Source of the DNA: Bacteroidales bacterium | Lineage (GTDB): Bacteria; Bacteroidota; Bacteroidia; Bacteroidales; VadinHA17 | Assembly (NCBI GenBank): GCA_025455395.1 | Contig: JALOMO010000022.1 | Location: 1 to 58,478, forward strand | Direction of reading: 5' to 3' | Length of the DNA stretch: 58,478 bases | Shown here: in pieces, positions 46,369 through 54,800 of the stretch | Layout: each line of letters begins with the position of its first letter | Numbering within the stretch: the stretch's first letter is position 1 | Notes under the pieces: generated by a model | Seen by the model: only the letters and a program-made list of their open reading frames with translations | Told to the model about the DNA's origin: nothing | The model's database searches: none | Position numbers and translations under genes: made by a program

Positions 46369-48033
46369 ATGTGTGGTGTTGTAGGTGTGTTTGACCTGAA
46401 GGTGAGTGCACAGGAGCTGAGGCCCCAGGTGCTGGAGATGTCGAAGAAATTAAGACACCGCGGACCCGACTGGTCAGGCATCTATTGCGGTGAGAAGGCA
46501 ATCATAGCACATGAAAGGCTTTCAATTGTTGATCCTCAGTCAGGAAGACAGCCGCTTTTCAGCAAAGACCGTAGGCTTATCCTTGGTGTCAACGGCGAGA
46601 TATATAACCATCGGGAGATAAGGGCAAGATATAAGGATAGCTATGAGTTCATGACACAGTCTGACTGCGAGGTAATACTCGCCCTCTATGCTGAAAAGGG
46701 CAAGGATTTTCTTGATGAACTGAGCGGAATCTTCGCCTTTGTACTTTATGATGAAAAAAACGACTGTTACCTTGCTGCCCGTGACCATATTGGTATAATC
46801 CCACTTTATATGGGATGGGATATCTATGGTAACTTTTATTTCTCATCGGAACTTAAAGCCCTGGAAGGTGTATGTAAAAAAATTGAGATCTTCCCTCCCG
46901 GGCACTGTTTCTTCAGTAAGGAGGGAGGGTTGATGAAATGGTATCACCGCGACTGGATATCATTTGAGGCCGTGAAGGATAATAACAGCAGCATTGATGA
47001 TTTACGTAGTGCCCTTGAGCAGGCGGTTCACCGGCAGCTGATGTCTGACGTGCCATATGGCGTTCTTCTCTCCGGCGGGCTTGACAGCTCAGTCATCTCA
47101 GCTATTACAAAGAGATTTGCAGCACGCCGCATTGAGACCGATGACAGCAAAGAGGCCTGGTGGCCACAGCTGCACTCCTTTGCTGTCGGTCTTGAGGGTT
47201 CACCCGACCTGGCAGCTGCCAGGGAGGTATCTGACCACATCGGCACCATCCATCATGAGATACACATAACCGTGCAGGAGGGCCTCGATGCAGTGCGTGA
47301 TGTCATCTACTATCTTGAGACATATGATGTCACTACCGTGAGGGCCTCTACGCCAATGTACCTTATAGCCAGGGTTATAAAATCAATGGGGGTGAAGATG
47401 GTGCTGTCAGGCGAGGGGGCTGATGAGGTGTTTGGCGGCTATCTCTATTTTCATAAGGCACCCGGCCCGGAAGCGTTTCATGAGGAGACGGTACGGAAGC
47501 TCAGTAAATTACATCTCTACGACTGTCTGAGGGCAAACAAGGCACTTGCCGCCTGGGGCGTGGAAGGAAGGGTCCCTTTCCTCGATAAGGAGTTCCTTGA
47601 TGTGGCCATGGGTCTTAATCCTGCCGACAAGATGGCTGGCAACGGAAAGATGGAGAAGTGGATACTGCGCAAGGCATTTGAGAGCTACCTCCCGGAGAAG
47701 ATTGTATGGAGGCAGAAAGAGCAGTTTTCAGACGGGGTTGGGTACAGCTGGATTGATACACTGAAGGAGCTCACCTCGCGTGAAATCAGTGATGAAATGA
47801 TGGCAACTGCGAGGTTCAGGTTCCCGCTGAACACCCCCAGGACAAAGGAGGAGTATTATTACAGGTCAATATTCACCGAGCACTTCCCTTCAGAGACGGC
47901 AGCGCTTACGGTTCCTTCAGTGGCCTCTGTTGCCTGCAGCACACCGGAAGCGCTCCAGTGGGATGAGTCGTTCCGCAACCAGAATGACCCGTCAGGCCGC
48001 GCGGTCAAAAACGTGCATATTAAATCATATTAA
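46369..48033 (+). CDS. asnB: asparagine synthase B (glutamine-hydrolysing)
   Basis: N-terminal MCGV nucleophile Cys2, HERLSIVD, LSGGLDSS PP-loop, SGEGADEVFGGYLYFH. Confidence 0.9.
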   Translation: MCGVVGVFDLKVSAQELRPQVLEMSKKLRHRGPDWSGIYCGEKAIIAHERLSIVDPQSGRQPLFSKDRRLILGVNGEIYNHREIRARYKDSYEFMTQSDCEVILALYAEKGKDFLDELSGIFAFVLYDEKNDCYLAARDHIGIIPLYMGWDIYGNFYFSSELKALEGVCKKIEIFPPGHCFFSKEGGLMKWYHRDWISFEAVKDNNSSIDDLRSALEQAVHRQLMSDVPYGVLLSGGLDSSVISAITKRFAARRIETDDSKEAWWPQLHSFAVGLEGSPDLAAAREVSDHIGTIHHEIHITVQEGLDAVRDVIYYLETYDVTTVRASTPMYLIARVIKSMGVKMVLSGEGADEVFGGYLYFHKAPGPEAFHEETVRKLSKLHLYDCLRANKALAAWGVEGRVPFLDKEFLDVAMGLNPADKMAGNGKMEKWILRKAFESYLPEKIVWRQKEQFSDGVGYSWIDTLKELTSREISDEMMATARFRFPLNTPRTKEEYYYRSIFTEHFPSETAALTVPSVASVACSTPEALQWDESFRNQNDPSGRAVKNVHIKSY

Positions 48034-48062
48034 AACTGTGGCGACGCGCAATTTGCGCGTCG
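48032..48062 (+). repeat. 31-nt GC hairpin element just after the asnB stop codon
   Basis: aaaactgtggCGACGCGCAatttGCGCGTCG. Second copy of the element at 46219..46249. Confidence 0.8.
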
Positions 48063-48099
48063 GTCCATTATATCAAGGCAAATCATTTTGCATAAACAT

Positions 48100-48127
48100 G
48101 TAGAGACGTTGCATGCAACGTCTCTAC
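48100..48127. repeat. perfect 28-nt palindrome
   Basis: GTAGAGACGTTGCA|TGCAACGTCTCTAC, between the convergent asnB and peroxiredoxin genes. Confidence 0.9.
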
Positions 48128-48159
48128 CATCATAAATAACCCATATTTGTTTTGTGGGT

Positions 48160-48867
48160 TTATTTTTTCAGCACAGTATTGAGCACCTTCTCCTTATCCA
48201 GTTTCTTCGTGCAGAAGAACCAGTCGTAGCACTTCATCTCATCCTTGCTCTCCATGCGCTGTTTGGCTACGCCGCATGATCCGGCTGTCGGGATAATGAC
48301 ATCATCTCCCGGCTGCCAGTCTGCAGGAAGAGCGACGGAGAAAGCTTCTGCGGTCTGCAGTCCTAGTACGATACGGTAGATCTCCTCGAAGTTGCGTCCG
48401 AGGCTCAGAGGATAATAGATGATCGTACGTATTACACCTCTGGGATCAATGAAGAAAACAGCCCTGACAGCCTTTGTGCTGCTCTCGCCGGGCATAAGCA
48501 TCCCATATTTCCTGGCAACCTCCATTGTGATGTCCTCGATAAGCGGGAAGTTTACCTCCACATTCTTCATACCCTTGTACTCGATCTTCTCCTTGATTGT
48601 GCGGAGCCATGCTATATGGCTGTAGAGACCGTCAACGGAGAGCCCGACAAGCTTTGTGTTGGCTTTTGCAAATTTCTCTTCCATAGAGGCAAAAGTCATG
48701 AACTCCGATGTGCATACCGGAGTGAAGTCAGCAGGATGACTGAAAAGTATTACCCAGCTTCCTGAATAATCTGAAGGGAAGTTGATCTCACCCTGTGTTG
48801 TTACTGCCTTGAATTCAGGCGCCTTGTCGCCAATGCGCGGCATTGAAAAAGTCTGTGTGTTTTCCAT
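48160..48867 (-). CDS. peroxiredoxin (Prx6/1-Cys-like subfamily with C-terminal Cys-containing extension)
   Basis: FSHPADFTPVCTSEF peroxidatic-Cys motif, WLRTI, and C-terminal CGVAKQ...KCYDWFFC. Confidence 0.85.
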   Translation of the reverse strand: MENTQTFSMPRIGDKAPEFKAVTTQGEINFPSDYSGSWVILFSHPADFTPVCTSEFMTFASMEEKFAKANTKLVGLSVDGLYSHIAWLRTIKEKIEYKGMKNVEVNFPLIEDITMEVARKYGMLMPGESSTKAVRAVFFIDPRGVIRTIIYYPLSLGRNFEEIYRIVLGLQTAEAFSVALPADWQPGDDVIIPTAGSCGVAKQRMESKDEMKCYDWFFCTKKLDKEKVLNTVLKK

Positions 48868-48924
48868 AATTATCTTATAAGTTGATTAATAATTCTTAAC
48901 TCTTAATTCTTAATTCCAATTAGA

Positions 48925-49425
48925 TCACTGTCTTCTAGCAAGCATCAGCTCCAGGTCTTCCCTGAGTGCATCAAGGTCCTCCTCATGCTCAACCTCATCC
49001 GACAGGATGCTTAGTATGACATTATAGGAGACAGGATCTCCGGTACGGGTTATATCAAGAAGGCTGTTGTAGGTTTTGATTGCACACTGTTCGCCTTTGA
49101 TATTCTGTTTCAGTATCTCCTCAACCCATGGATCTGAGGGTATGTCATAACCACAATTGGTTATCTTCATCCATTCAGCAGGAGACAACACGGGTATACC
49201 GCCAAGTTGTATAATACGTGTTGACAAAAGCTCTGCATGGGCCAGCTCTTCTGTTGCATGCAGTGTCAGTTCAGAGATAACGGCATCCTTCATCGGGCCT
49301 TTTACTACTTTCGCTCCGATCCAGTACTGGTAATATGCCAGCCACTCGTCAGCCAGCGCTTTGTTAAGGAGGTTGATGAGCTCATCAACATTCATCTTTA
49401 CAATTTCTCTTCCTTTTTGTGCCAT
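48925..49425 (-). CDS. ferritin-superfamily Dps-like (DPSL-type) protein
   Basis: Four-helix-bundle pattern with ferroxidase-type ligands (LADEWLAYYQY, HATEELAHAELL, EVEHEEDL). Two Cys. Sits between the Fur-family regulator and the peroxiredoxin. Confidence 0.7.
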   Translation of the reverse strand: MAQKGREIVKMNVDELINLLNKALADEWLAYYQYWIGAKVVKGPMKDAVISELTLHATEELAHAELLSTRIIQLGGIPVLSPAEWMKITNCGYDIPSDPWVEEILKQNIKGEQCAIKTYNSLLDITRTGDPVSYNVILSILSDEVEHEEDLDALREDLELMLARRQ

Positions 49426-49436
49426 CTGGTTCAGTT

Positions 49437-49886
49437 TTAATGTTTATGTATCTTATGTTTCTCTTTATCACAATCCGGGAATCTTCCGACGATCTGGAGC
49501 CTTATCTCTTCAATATTGAAATCCTTAATCTTTTTTCGGGTAAAGTAATCATTCAGAAGCCTGTCAAGTTCTTCATCATAATAGTCTTCAATACGCTCTT
49601 TGACAGCACAGTAGAGGTGGTGATGCGATTGAAGAATGGCATCATATCTCATTATATCGCGATCAGTCTTGACCCTTCGGATCAAGCCCTTTTCGACCAG
49701 TGTGTCAAGGGTCTTGTAGACGGTGCCGGTTGCAATTGCAGGATAATTCTGCCTGATATAATGGATCACCTCGTCAGCGGTGGGGTGGCTGTTTAGCATC
49801 TCAACCGCTTCCATGACCGCCATTCGTTGCGGAGTAACCTTGAGGCCGCTTTGTTTCAGCCTCTCTTTATATTCATCAGCTTTCAT
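49437..49886 (-). CDS. Fur-family transcriptional regulator (PerR-like by context)
   Basis: LKVTPQRMAVMEAV...HPTADEV winged-helix region and HHHLYC metal-site region. First gene of a dpsL-prx operon. Confidence 0.8.
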   Translation of the reverse strand: MKADEYKERLKQSGLKVTPQRMAVMEAVEMLNSHPTADEVIHYIRQNYPAIATGTVYKTLDTLVEKGLIRRVKTDRDIMRYDAILQSHHHLYCAVKERIEDYYDEELDRLLNDYFTRKKIKDFNIEEIRLQIVGRFPDCDKEKHKIHKH

Positions 49887-49890
49887 CAGA

Positions 49891-49905
49891 TAGGAATAAT
49901 TCCTA
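49891..49905. promoter_or_regulatory. candidate Fur-family (PerR) box, 7-1-7 inverted repeat TAGGAATaATTCCTA
   Basis: Perfect 15-nt 7-1-7 palindrome, 5 nt upstream of the regulator's ATG. The flanking half-site ATAGGAATAA is repeated at 49908. Confidence 0.5.
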
Positions 49906-49917
49906 AATAGGAATAAA

Positions 49918-49925
49918 CAAAGATA
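49918..49925 (-). promoter_or_regulatory. candidate -7 box (TATCTTTG) for the perR operon
   Basis: Exact TAnnTTTG match, 31 nt upstream of ATG 49886. The 7-1-7 box lies between it and the start codon. Confidence 0.4.
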
Positions 49926-50006
49926 AGATATTTATATGTTGGATCAAAATTTTTTTTATAGCAAGTCTCTGGACTTCGGTTCGCTGTCGTTCTTTCTTCT
50001 GCCAGC

Positions 50007-50071
50007 GACAGACCACCCCCCGTCCGCCAGCTGGCGGACGGCTCCCCTCCTCACTCAGGAGGGGAAACTAT
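50007..50071 (+). repeat. double-hairpin core element
   Basis: gacagaccaccccCCGTCCGCCAGCTGGCGGACGGctCCCCTCCTcactcAGGAGGGGaaactat. The first 45 nt are identical to 51758..51802. Confidence 0.95.
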
Positions 50072-50090
50072 GCCACAATACAATTGCATT

Positions 50091-50148
50091 CACGCCTCAC
50101 GCCTCACGCCTCACGCCTTGCTCCTTGCCCCATGCCCTGCGCCCTGAG
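50091..50148 (+). repeat. heptad array (CACGCCT) x4 perfect, then degenerate C-rich heptads
   Basis: cacgcct x4 at 50091..50118, then tgctccttgccccatgccctgcgccctgagc. Ends at the stop codon of the PLP-enzyme gene. Confidence 0.9.
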
Positions 50149-51600
50149 CTATACAGTATACAGCTTATCAAGTACATCCAGCATTATCTCGTCCACATTT
50201 TCGCGGTTGTTGATTGAGGCCATGATGCCGTAAGCTGCCGCTCCTGTACCTGAAGATTTACCATCACCCTTGTTCATCAGTGAGGTGAACCTTGATGAGA
50301 GTTTTCTGAACCAGCTGTCAGGAAGCAGCCTTGAGAACGCCCTGGCTAAATAGACAACCACATGTGATGAGGCGGATTTGATCTTATGGCCTTCAATAAC
50401 TGCGACGGCCTCCTTCAGTGCTGCAATGAATTCATCCTCATGACCGCAGTTAAGATTTGAAATTGTCATATGCAGCGCCGGAGGAAATTGCAGCTTGTCG
50501 AGGTTCCAGCCGTTTCTCGCCAGCTCGTCGCCTATAAGGTATATGTCATGCTTATCCGATGTAAAGGCAAAGACGCTCATGGCGGGTTCTCCTATCACCC
50601 TGAATCCGGGAATGGCTTTGATGCTTTCCTGTATCTTATTTGTTGTGGTCATCACCTCTGCAGCCATCTTCAGGTAGCCATCCATCCCTATCGCCTTCAG
50701 GGCAGTCCATGCTGCCGCAATGGGTGCTCCCGACCTTGTGCCGAGCATGGTAGGTGAGGCATAGAGGCCTCCGGGCCAGTCGCTGAAGACAAAATACTGG
50801 AACTTCCTGAGCTCATGAGTTCTGTAAATAGTTACTGATGATCCTTTTGACGAATAACCGTACTTATGAACGTCAGCCGATATCGATGTCACTCCCCTGA
50901 CACGGAAGTCGAACGGAGGCACCGGGTAACCCAGCTTCTCGACGAAAGGAAGCATCAGTCCACCCATGCAGCAATCGACATGCATCAGAAGCTCATATTT
51001 CAGTGCAATGGTGGCGATCTCTTCCACAGGATCAATGACACCGTAAGGGTAGCAGGGTGCTGACACGGTGATCATTATTGTATTTCCGTTTATCAGTTTC
51101 TCAACCTCTGTCGGATTCACTCTCTTATCAGGGTTCAGTGAGGCATACCTGATATGGATACCCACCATGTCTGCCGATTTGGAGAATGCCGGGTGTATTG
51201 TCACCGGGGCTATTATTTCCGGGTCTCTGATATATGGCCTGTGTCGTTTTGCCCAGTCACGCGCCGTCTTGACGGCCACGAGTATGCTCTCCGAGCCTCC
51301 TGTAGTCATGTTGCCGGCACAATCCTCCGTTGCATGGAGCAGGCTTGCCACCATCGCGACAGTCTCGTTCTCAAGGGTCTTCAGTGACGCGAAGAGAGAA
51401 GGGTTAAGGGCGTTGTCGGCAAAGAAGAGCTGGTATGCCTGCTCAATAGTCTTCGCCTCCCTGGCACCCGGGTGGTACACATAACCGAACATGCGGCCGT
51501 TACGCCATGATGCGTCGTTTGCCTTGAGCTCTTTAAGCCGGGAGATAATATCGTCACCATCCATCCCTTTCTGCGGAAATTCAATTTTTGGTTTGTTCAT
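50149..51600 (-). CDS. PLP-dependent group II decarboxylase-fold enzyme, sphingosine-1-phosphate-lyase-like
   Basis: GRMFGYVYHPG, GGSESILVA, LMHVDCCMGG, and SADVHKYGYSSKGSS (PLP-Lys). These motifs parallel SPL family motifs (HVDACLGG; SADTHKYGFAPKGSS). No N-terminal TM. Confidence 0.65.
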   Translation of the reverse strand: MNKPKIEFPQKGMDGDDIISRLKELKANDASWRNGRMFGYVYHPGAREAKTIEQAYQLFFADNALNPSLFASLKTLENETVAMVASLLHATEDCAGNMTTGGSESILVAVKTARDWAKRHRPYIRDPEIIAPVTIHPAFSKSADMVGIHIRYASLNPDKRVNPTEVEKLINGNTIMITVSAPCYPYGVIDPVEEIATIALKYELLMHVDCCMGGLMLPFVEKLGYPVPPFDFRVRGVTSISADVHKYGYSSKGSSVTIYRTHELRKFQYFVFSDWPGGLYASPTMLGTRSGAPIAAAWTALKAIGMDGYLKMAAEVMTTTNKIQESIKAIPGFRVIGEPAMSVFAFTSDKHDIYLIGDELARNGWNLDKLQFPPALHMTISNLNCGHEDEFIAALKEAVAVIEGHKIKSASSHVVVYLARAFSRLLPDSWFRKLSSRFTSLMNKGDGKSSGTGAAAYGIMASINNRENVDEIMLDVLDKLYTV

Positions 51601-51628
51601 TGCTATATTGATTTATCGCTTCGCTCTG

Positions 51629-51727
51629 CTCTTCAATCTGAGGGTCTGATAGTTTGAGGGTTCAAGGTACAAGGGAATTAACTGACAACTGATAACCGAT
51701 AACTGACAACCGAAAACCCCTCCATGC
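51629..51727 (+). repeat. mosaic repeat modules M1 plus M2 (heptad YGAYAAC array)
   Basis: Collinear with 4870..4977 (see that feature). Confidence 0.9.
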
Positions 51728-51757
51728 TCCCCGCTCCTCGCTCTTAGCTCTGACAGG

Positions 51758-51822
51758 GACAGACCACCCCCCGTCCGCCAGCTGGCGGACGGCTCCCCTC
51801 CTAACTTAGGAGGGGAAACAAT
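51758..51822 (+). repeat. double-hairpin core element
   Basis: gacagaccaccccCCGTCCGCCAGCTGGCGGACGGctCCCCTCCTaacttAGGAGGGGaaacaat. Confidence 0.95.
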
Positions 51823-51840
51823 ATATTAACCTTACCACTA

Positions 51841-51888
51841 AACCTAAACCTCAACCTCAACCTCAACCTTAACCTAAGCCTTAACCTT
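51841..51888 (+). repeat. hexamer array (AACCTY) x8 overlapping the 3' end of the 1459-aa gene
   Basis: aaccta aacctc aacctc aacctc aacctt aaccta agcctt aacctt. The stop codon (51874..51876) and the last four codons lie inside the array. Confidence 0.9.
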
Positions 51889-54800
51889 TGTTCTGACGTT
51901 CCTGTACTTCAGATAGGGGATGAGGTCTTCATTCTTGAATCCTGCAGTTCCGTCATACTCGATTGTCAGTACCGGCACTCCTGTCACCTCCTCTATCCTT
52001 GATTTCATCGCCTCTGTCACCAGTGAAGGACAGCAATAGGAGGGGTTGGTCTGGATGAACAGGTCAAGGTCAGGATGCTGCGTGATCAGGCTGTGTATCT
52101 TGAGTATATTCTCAAATGATTCGCCTTTGTGCAGTATATTGAGGCCGAACTTATTCAGCCACTCATCCATCTCGGCCGAAGATTCAAAACCCGCCTCCCC
52201 GGTATAACTGGTAAAATACTTTTTGTACTTCTCCTCCACAAGGGGGATGAGTGACTTCAGGAATCTGACCTTGACATAATCCCTGTACCGACCCTCCTTC
52301 AAAGTTCTTTCAATGATTGGATCGGCAATGATCTTCATGTATTCGCTGTAAGGAGTGGTAATGACCTCGCCTCCGTTCTCCTCAATGGTTTTTATCAGAT
52401 CCTGGTTCATCATGTCATTGTCCCTGACATACAGGTCACCGAATATTGCAACTTTGGGCCGTGGTGTTCTTACGACAGGAATTGATTCAAAATCGCTTAT
52501 GATCTTTTCCAGTATCTCCTCTTTATACCTGCCGTTCAGGAAGGCATAGCGGAGCCTTGAGAGCGACTGGCTGACAACTGCATCTGTGGTTCCCGCTGTT
52601 ATTTCATACGGCCGGACAGAGCAGGCTATCTTGCGGATATATCCGCCGAACATGTATGCCAGGTAGGCATTTATTGCTGTCTGCAGTGAAAAATCGTAAA
52701 ATATGACATCGCCCACATAAACTGAGACATGCTCCATTCCTTTACCATAATCCTCAAGCAGTTTCTTCATGAACCATGGGAACATGGCGAGGTTGCACGA
52801 AAGCTTTGTCTTCATCATCCACAGAGCTGTATCGGATGGATCAAGACCGTTTGCCTCGATATAATCGATCGAGTCCTGCACAATGATATTCAGTGGAAGG
52901 CACTGGCCGGTATTAAGGCTCAGGCTTCTCTGCACTGATTCGACGCTGCTGTCGACAAGCCGGGCATTTATACCGCTGTTTTTAAGAACAGCCTCAAGCA
53001 GTGGTCCGGTGTAGGGATCCCAGTAGGGCAGCAACAGAGTCTTGCTGCCCAGATTCCTTGCCCCGGTGAAAACAGTCCTCGATATATTGCTGTCCTGTGC
53101 TTCAGCCTTCACAATCTCGCGGCTGAAAAGCCTGAAATCGATGGAGTGGGCTTTGAGTATCACAGAGGCATCGCGGACAAGCGATTTGACATGACGATAC
53201 ATTGAGGTATCAGACAACAGGGCCTCTTCAGTCTCTGCAGCTATGTTCTCCGGCGACCCGGTGAGGCGGTTACCCTGACTCTCCCCTGAATTACTTTTCC
53301 GGTGATTGCGGAAGGCCCTTACTGCTGCCTCAATTCTCGTTTCATATCCAACGGTTGAATCATGTTCGTCGAGCTGCAGGATAAGGTAAGGCTTCCTGTA
53401 ATTATCGAGGATCTCCTTGAAGTATTCAATCACAAACGAATCAGGTGAACATTTGAATGAAGTTATCAGGACAGGGTAACAATTTTCTGTTCTGGCTGCC
53501 ATCTCGGAAGCATAAAGTATTTTAGATGCGAACTTCCATTTTATTGTCCTGATGAGATCTTCGGTTATCAGGCCATCAGTTTGCCTGAAGGGCATCATAT
53601 CCATATAAAAAGTTGTTATGCCCATTTTTTCAATGATCTCAGGGATTGAGTTGTTCATTGCCGGCGACAAAACCGTATAGGGGCGTCCGAGGAGCATAAC
53701 ATGGATGTCATCAAGATCCTTTGTTGCGCTTTCATAAAGAGCTTTCCACTTCTCATTTGCAGAACGGACATGATTCATTGCCTTTTCATACGCCAGGCTG
53801 ATATTCAGAAATCCGATATCATTAATACCGGCTGATTTGAACATTTTATACAGCTCCATGCGCATGTATATCTCACCCTGGGAAGATTTGAGCACCGGCG
53901 TCAGCAGCTTTTTGCCGTTATTAAGATTTTTCCGGACAGATATGACAGATGAAACATACTGTGTATAATAACAGTACTGTTTGTTCAACTTTGTCTCATG
54001 TGGTTCCTCGATATATACAGGCAGGAAAATATAATCGGCCTTATCATTCAGATAATCAACATGTCCGTGCATGGCGGCAATCGGGGCACAAAACTCGGCG
54101 CCGCACAGGTTCTTGCCATCTTTAGACGGAGTCATATATTCTTCGCTGGAGACAGTTGTGAATGAAAGGAGATCGAAGAATTTCTGCCAGAAAGGGATCT
54201 CTTCAAAAAGGTGTAATCCGGCCGGGATGCCAATGATCGCTGTTTTTTTTCCCGGTGAGGCAGATTGTCTGAAAAGCTCTTTTCTTTTTCTCAGAAGCTG
54301 AAAGCTGAGTGATTTGTTCCTGACAAATTTGTGTGTGTTGTAATCTCTGCCGCACAGGAATCCGTAAGCTTCTGTCTGGCCATCTACATCAGCAACTTTT
54401 AGTTTACAGTGGTTTGTGCACAGCTCACATACTTCAGACCTGACCGGAATAGTCTTTTTATAAAGGTCGAGACCTCTGAATTTTGATCCTGTAAGATTCT
54501 GGTCTGCAAGTTCAAGGGCCACACCGAGGGCGCCGGTCAGGTGGCAATACCTTGAAACCATTACCGGTTTTTTAAGTTTTTGCTCCATTGCTGCTACCAG
54601 GGCCCTGTTTTTTGCTGTTGCCCCCTGGAAGAAAATATGATTGCCGATTGTGACCCTGGAGGCTACCCTGGTGAAGTAGTTCTCACAGGTTGAATGGAGC
54701 ACAGCCGCAAGTATCTCTTCGGTCGAATAGCCTGCCATCAGGTAGTGATTGAGATCCCGCTCCATGAAGACCGTGCAGCGGTCACTTGCCATAGGGGACC

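Noticed and set aside
50052-50066. AGGAGGGG in the core elements as a Shine-Dalgarno sequence for unannotated small ORFs.
   Set aside because: It is always paired with an upstream CCCCTCCT as a hairpin stem. No consistently placed start codon follows. Bacteroidota translation generally does not rely on SD pairing.
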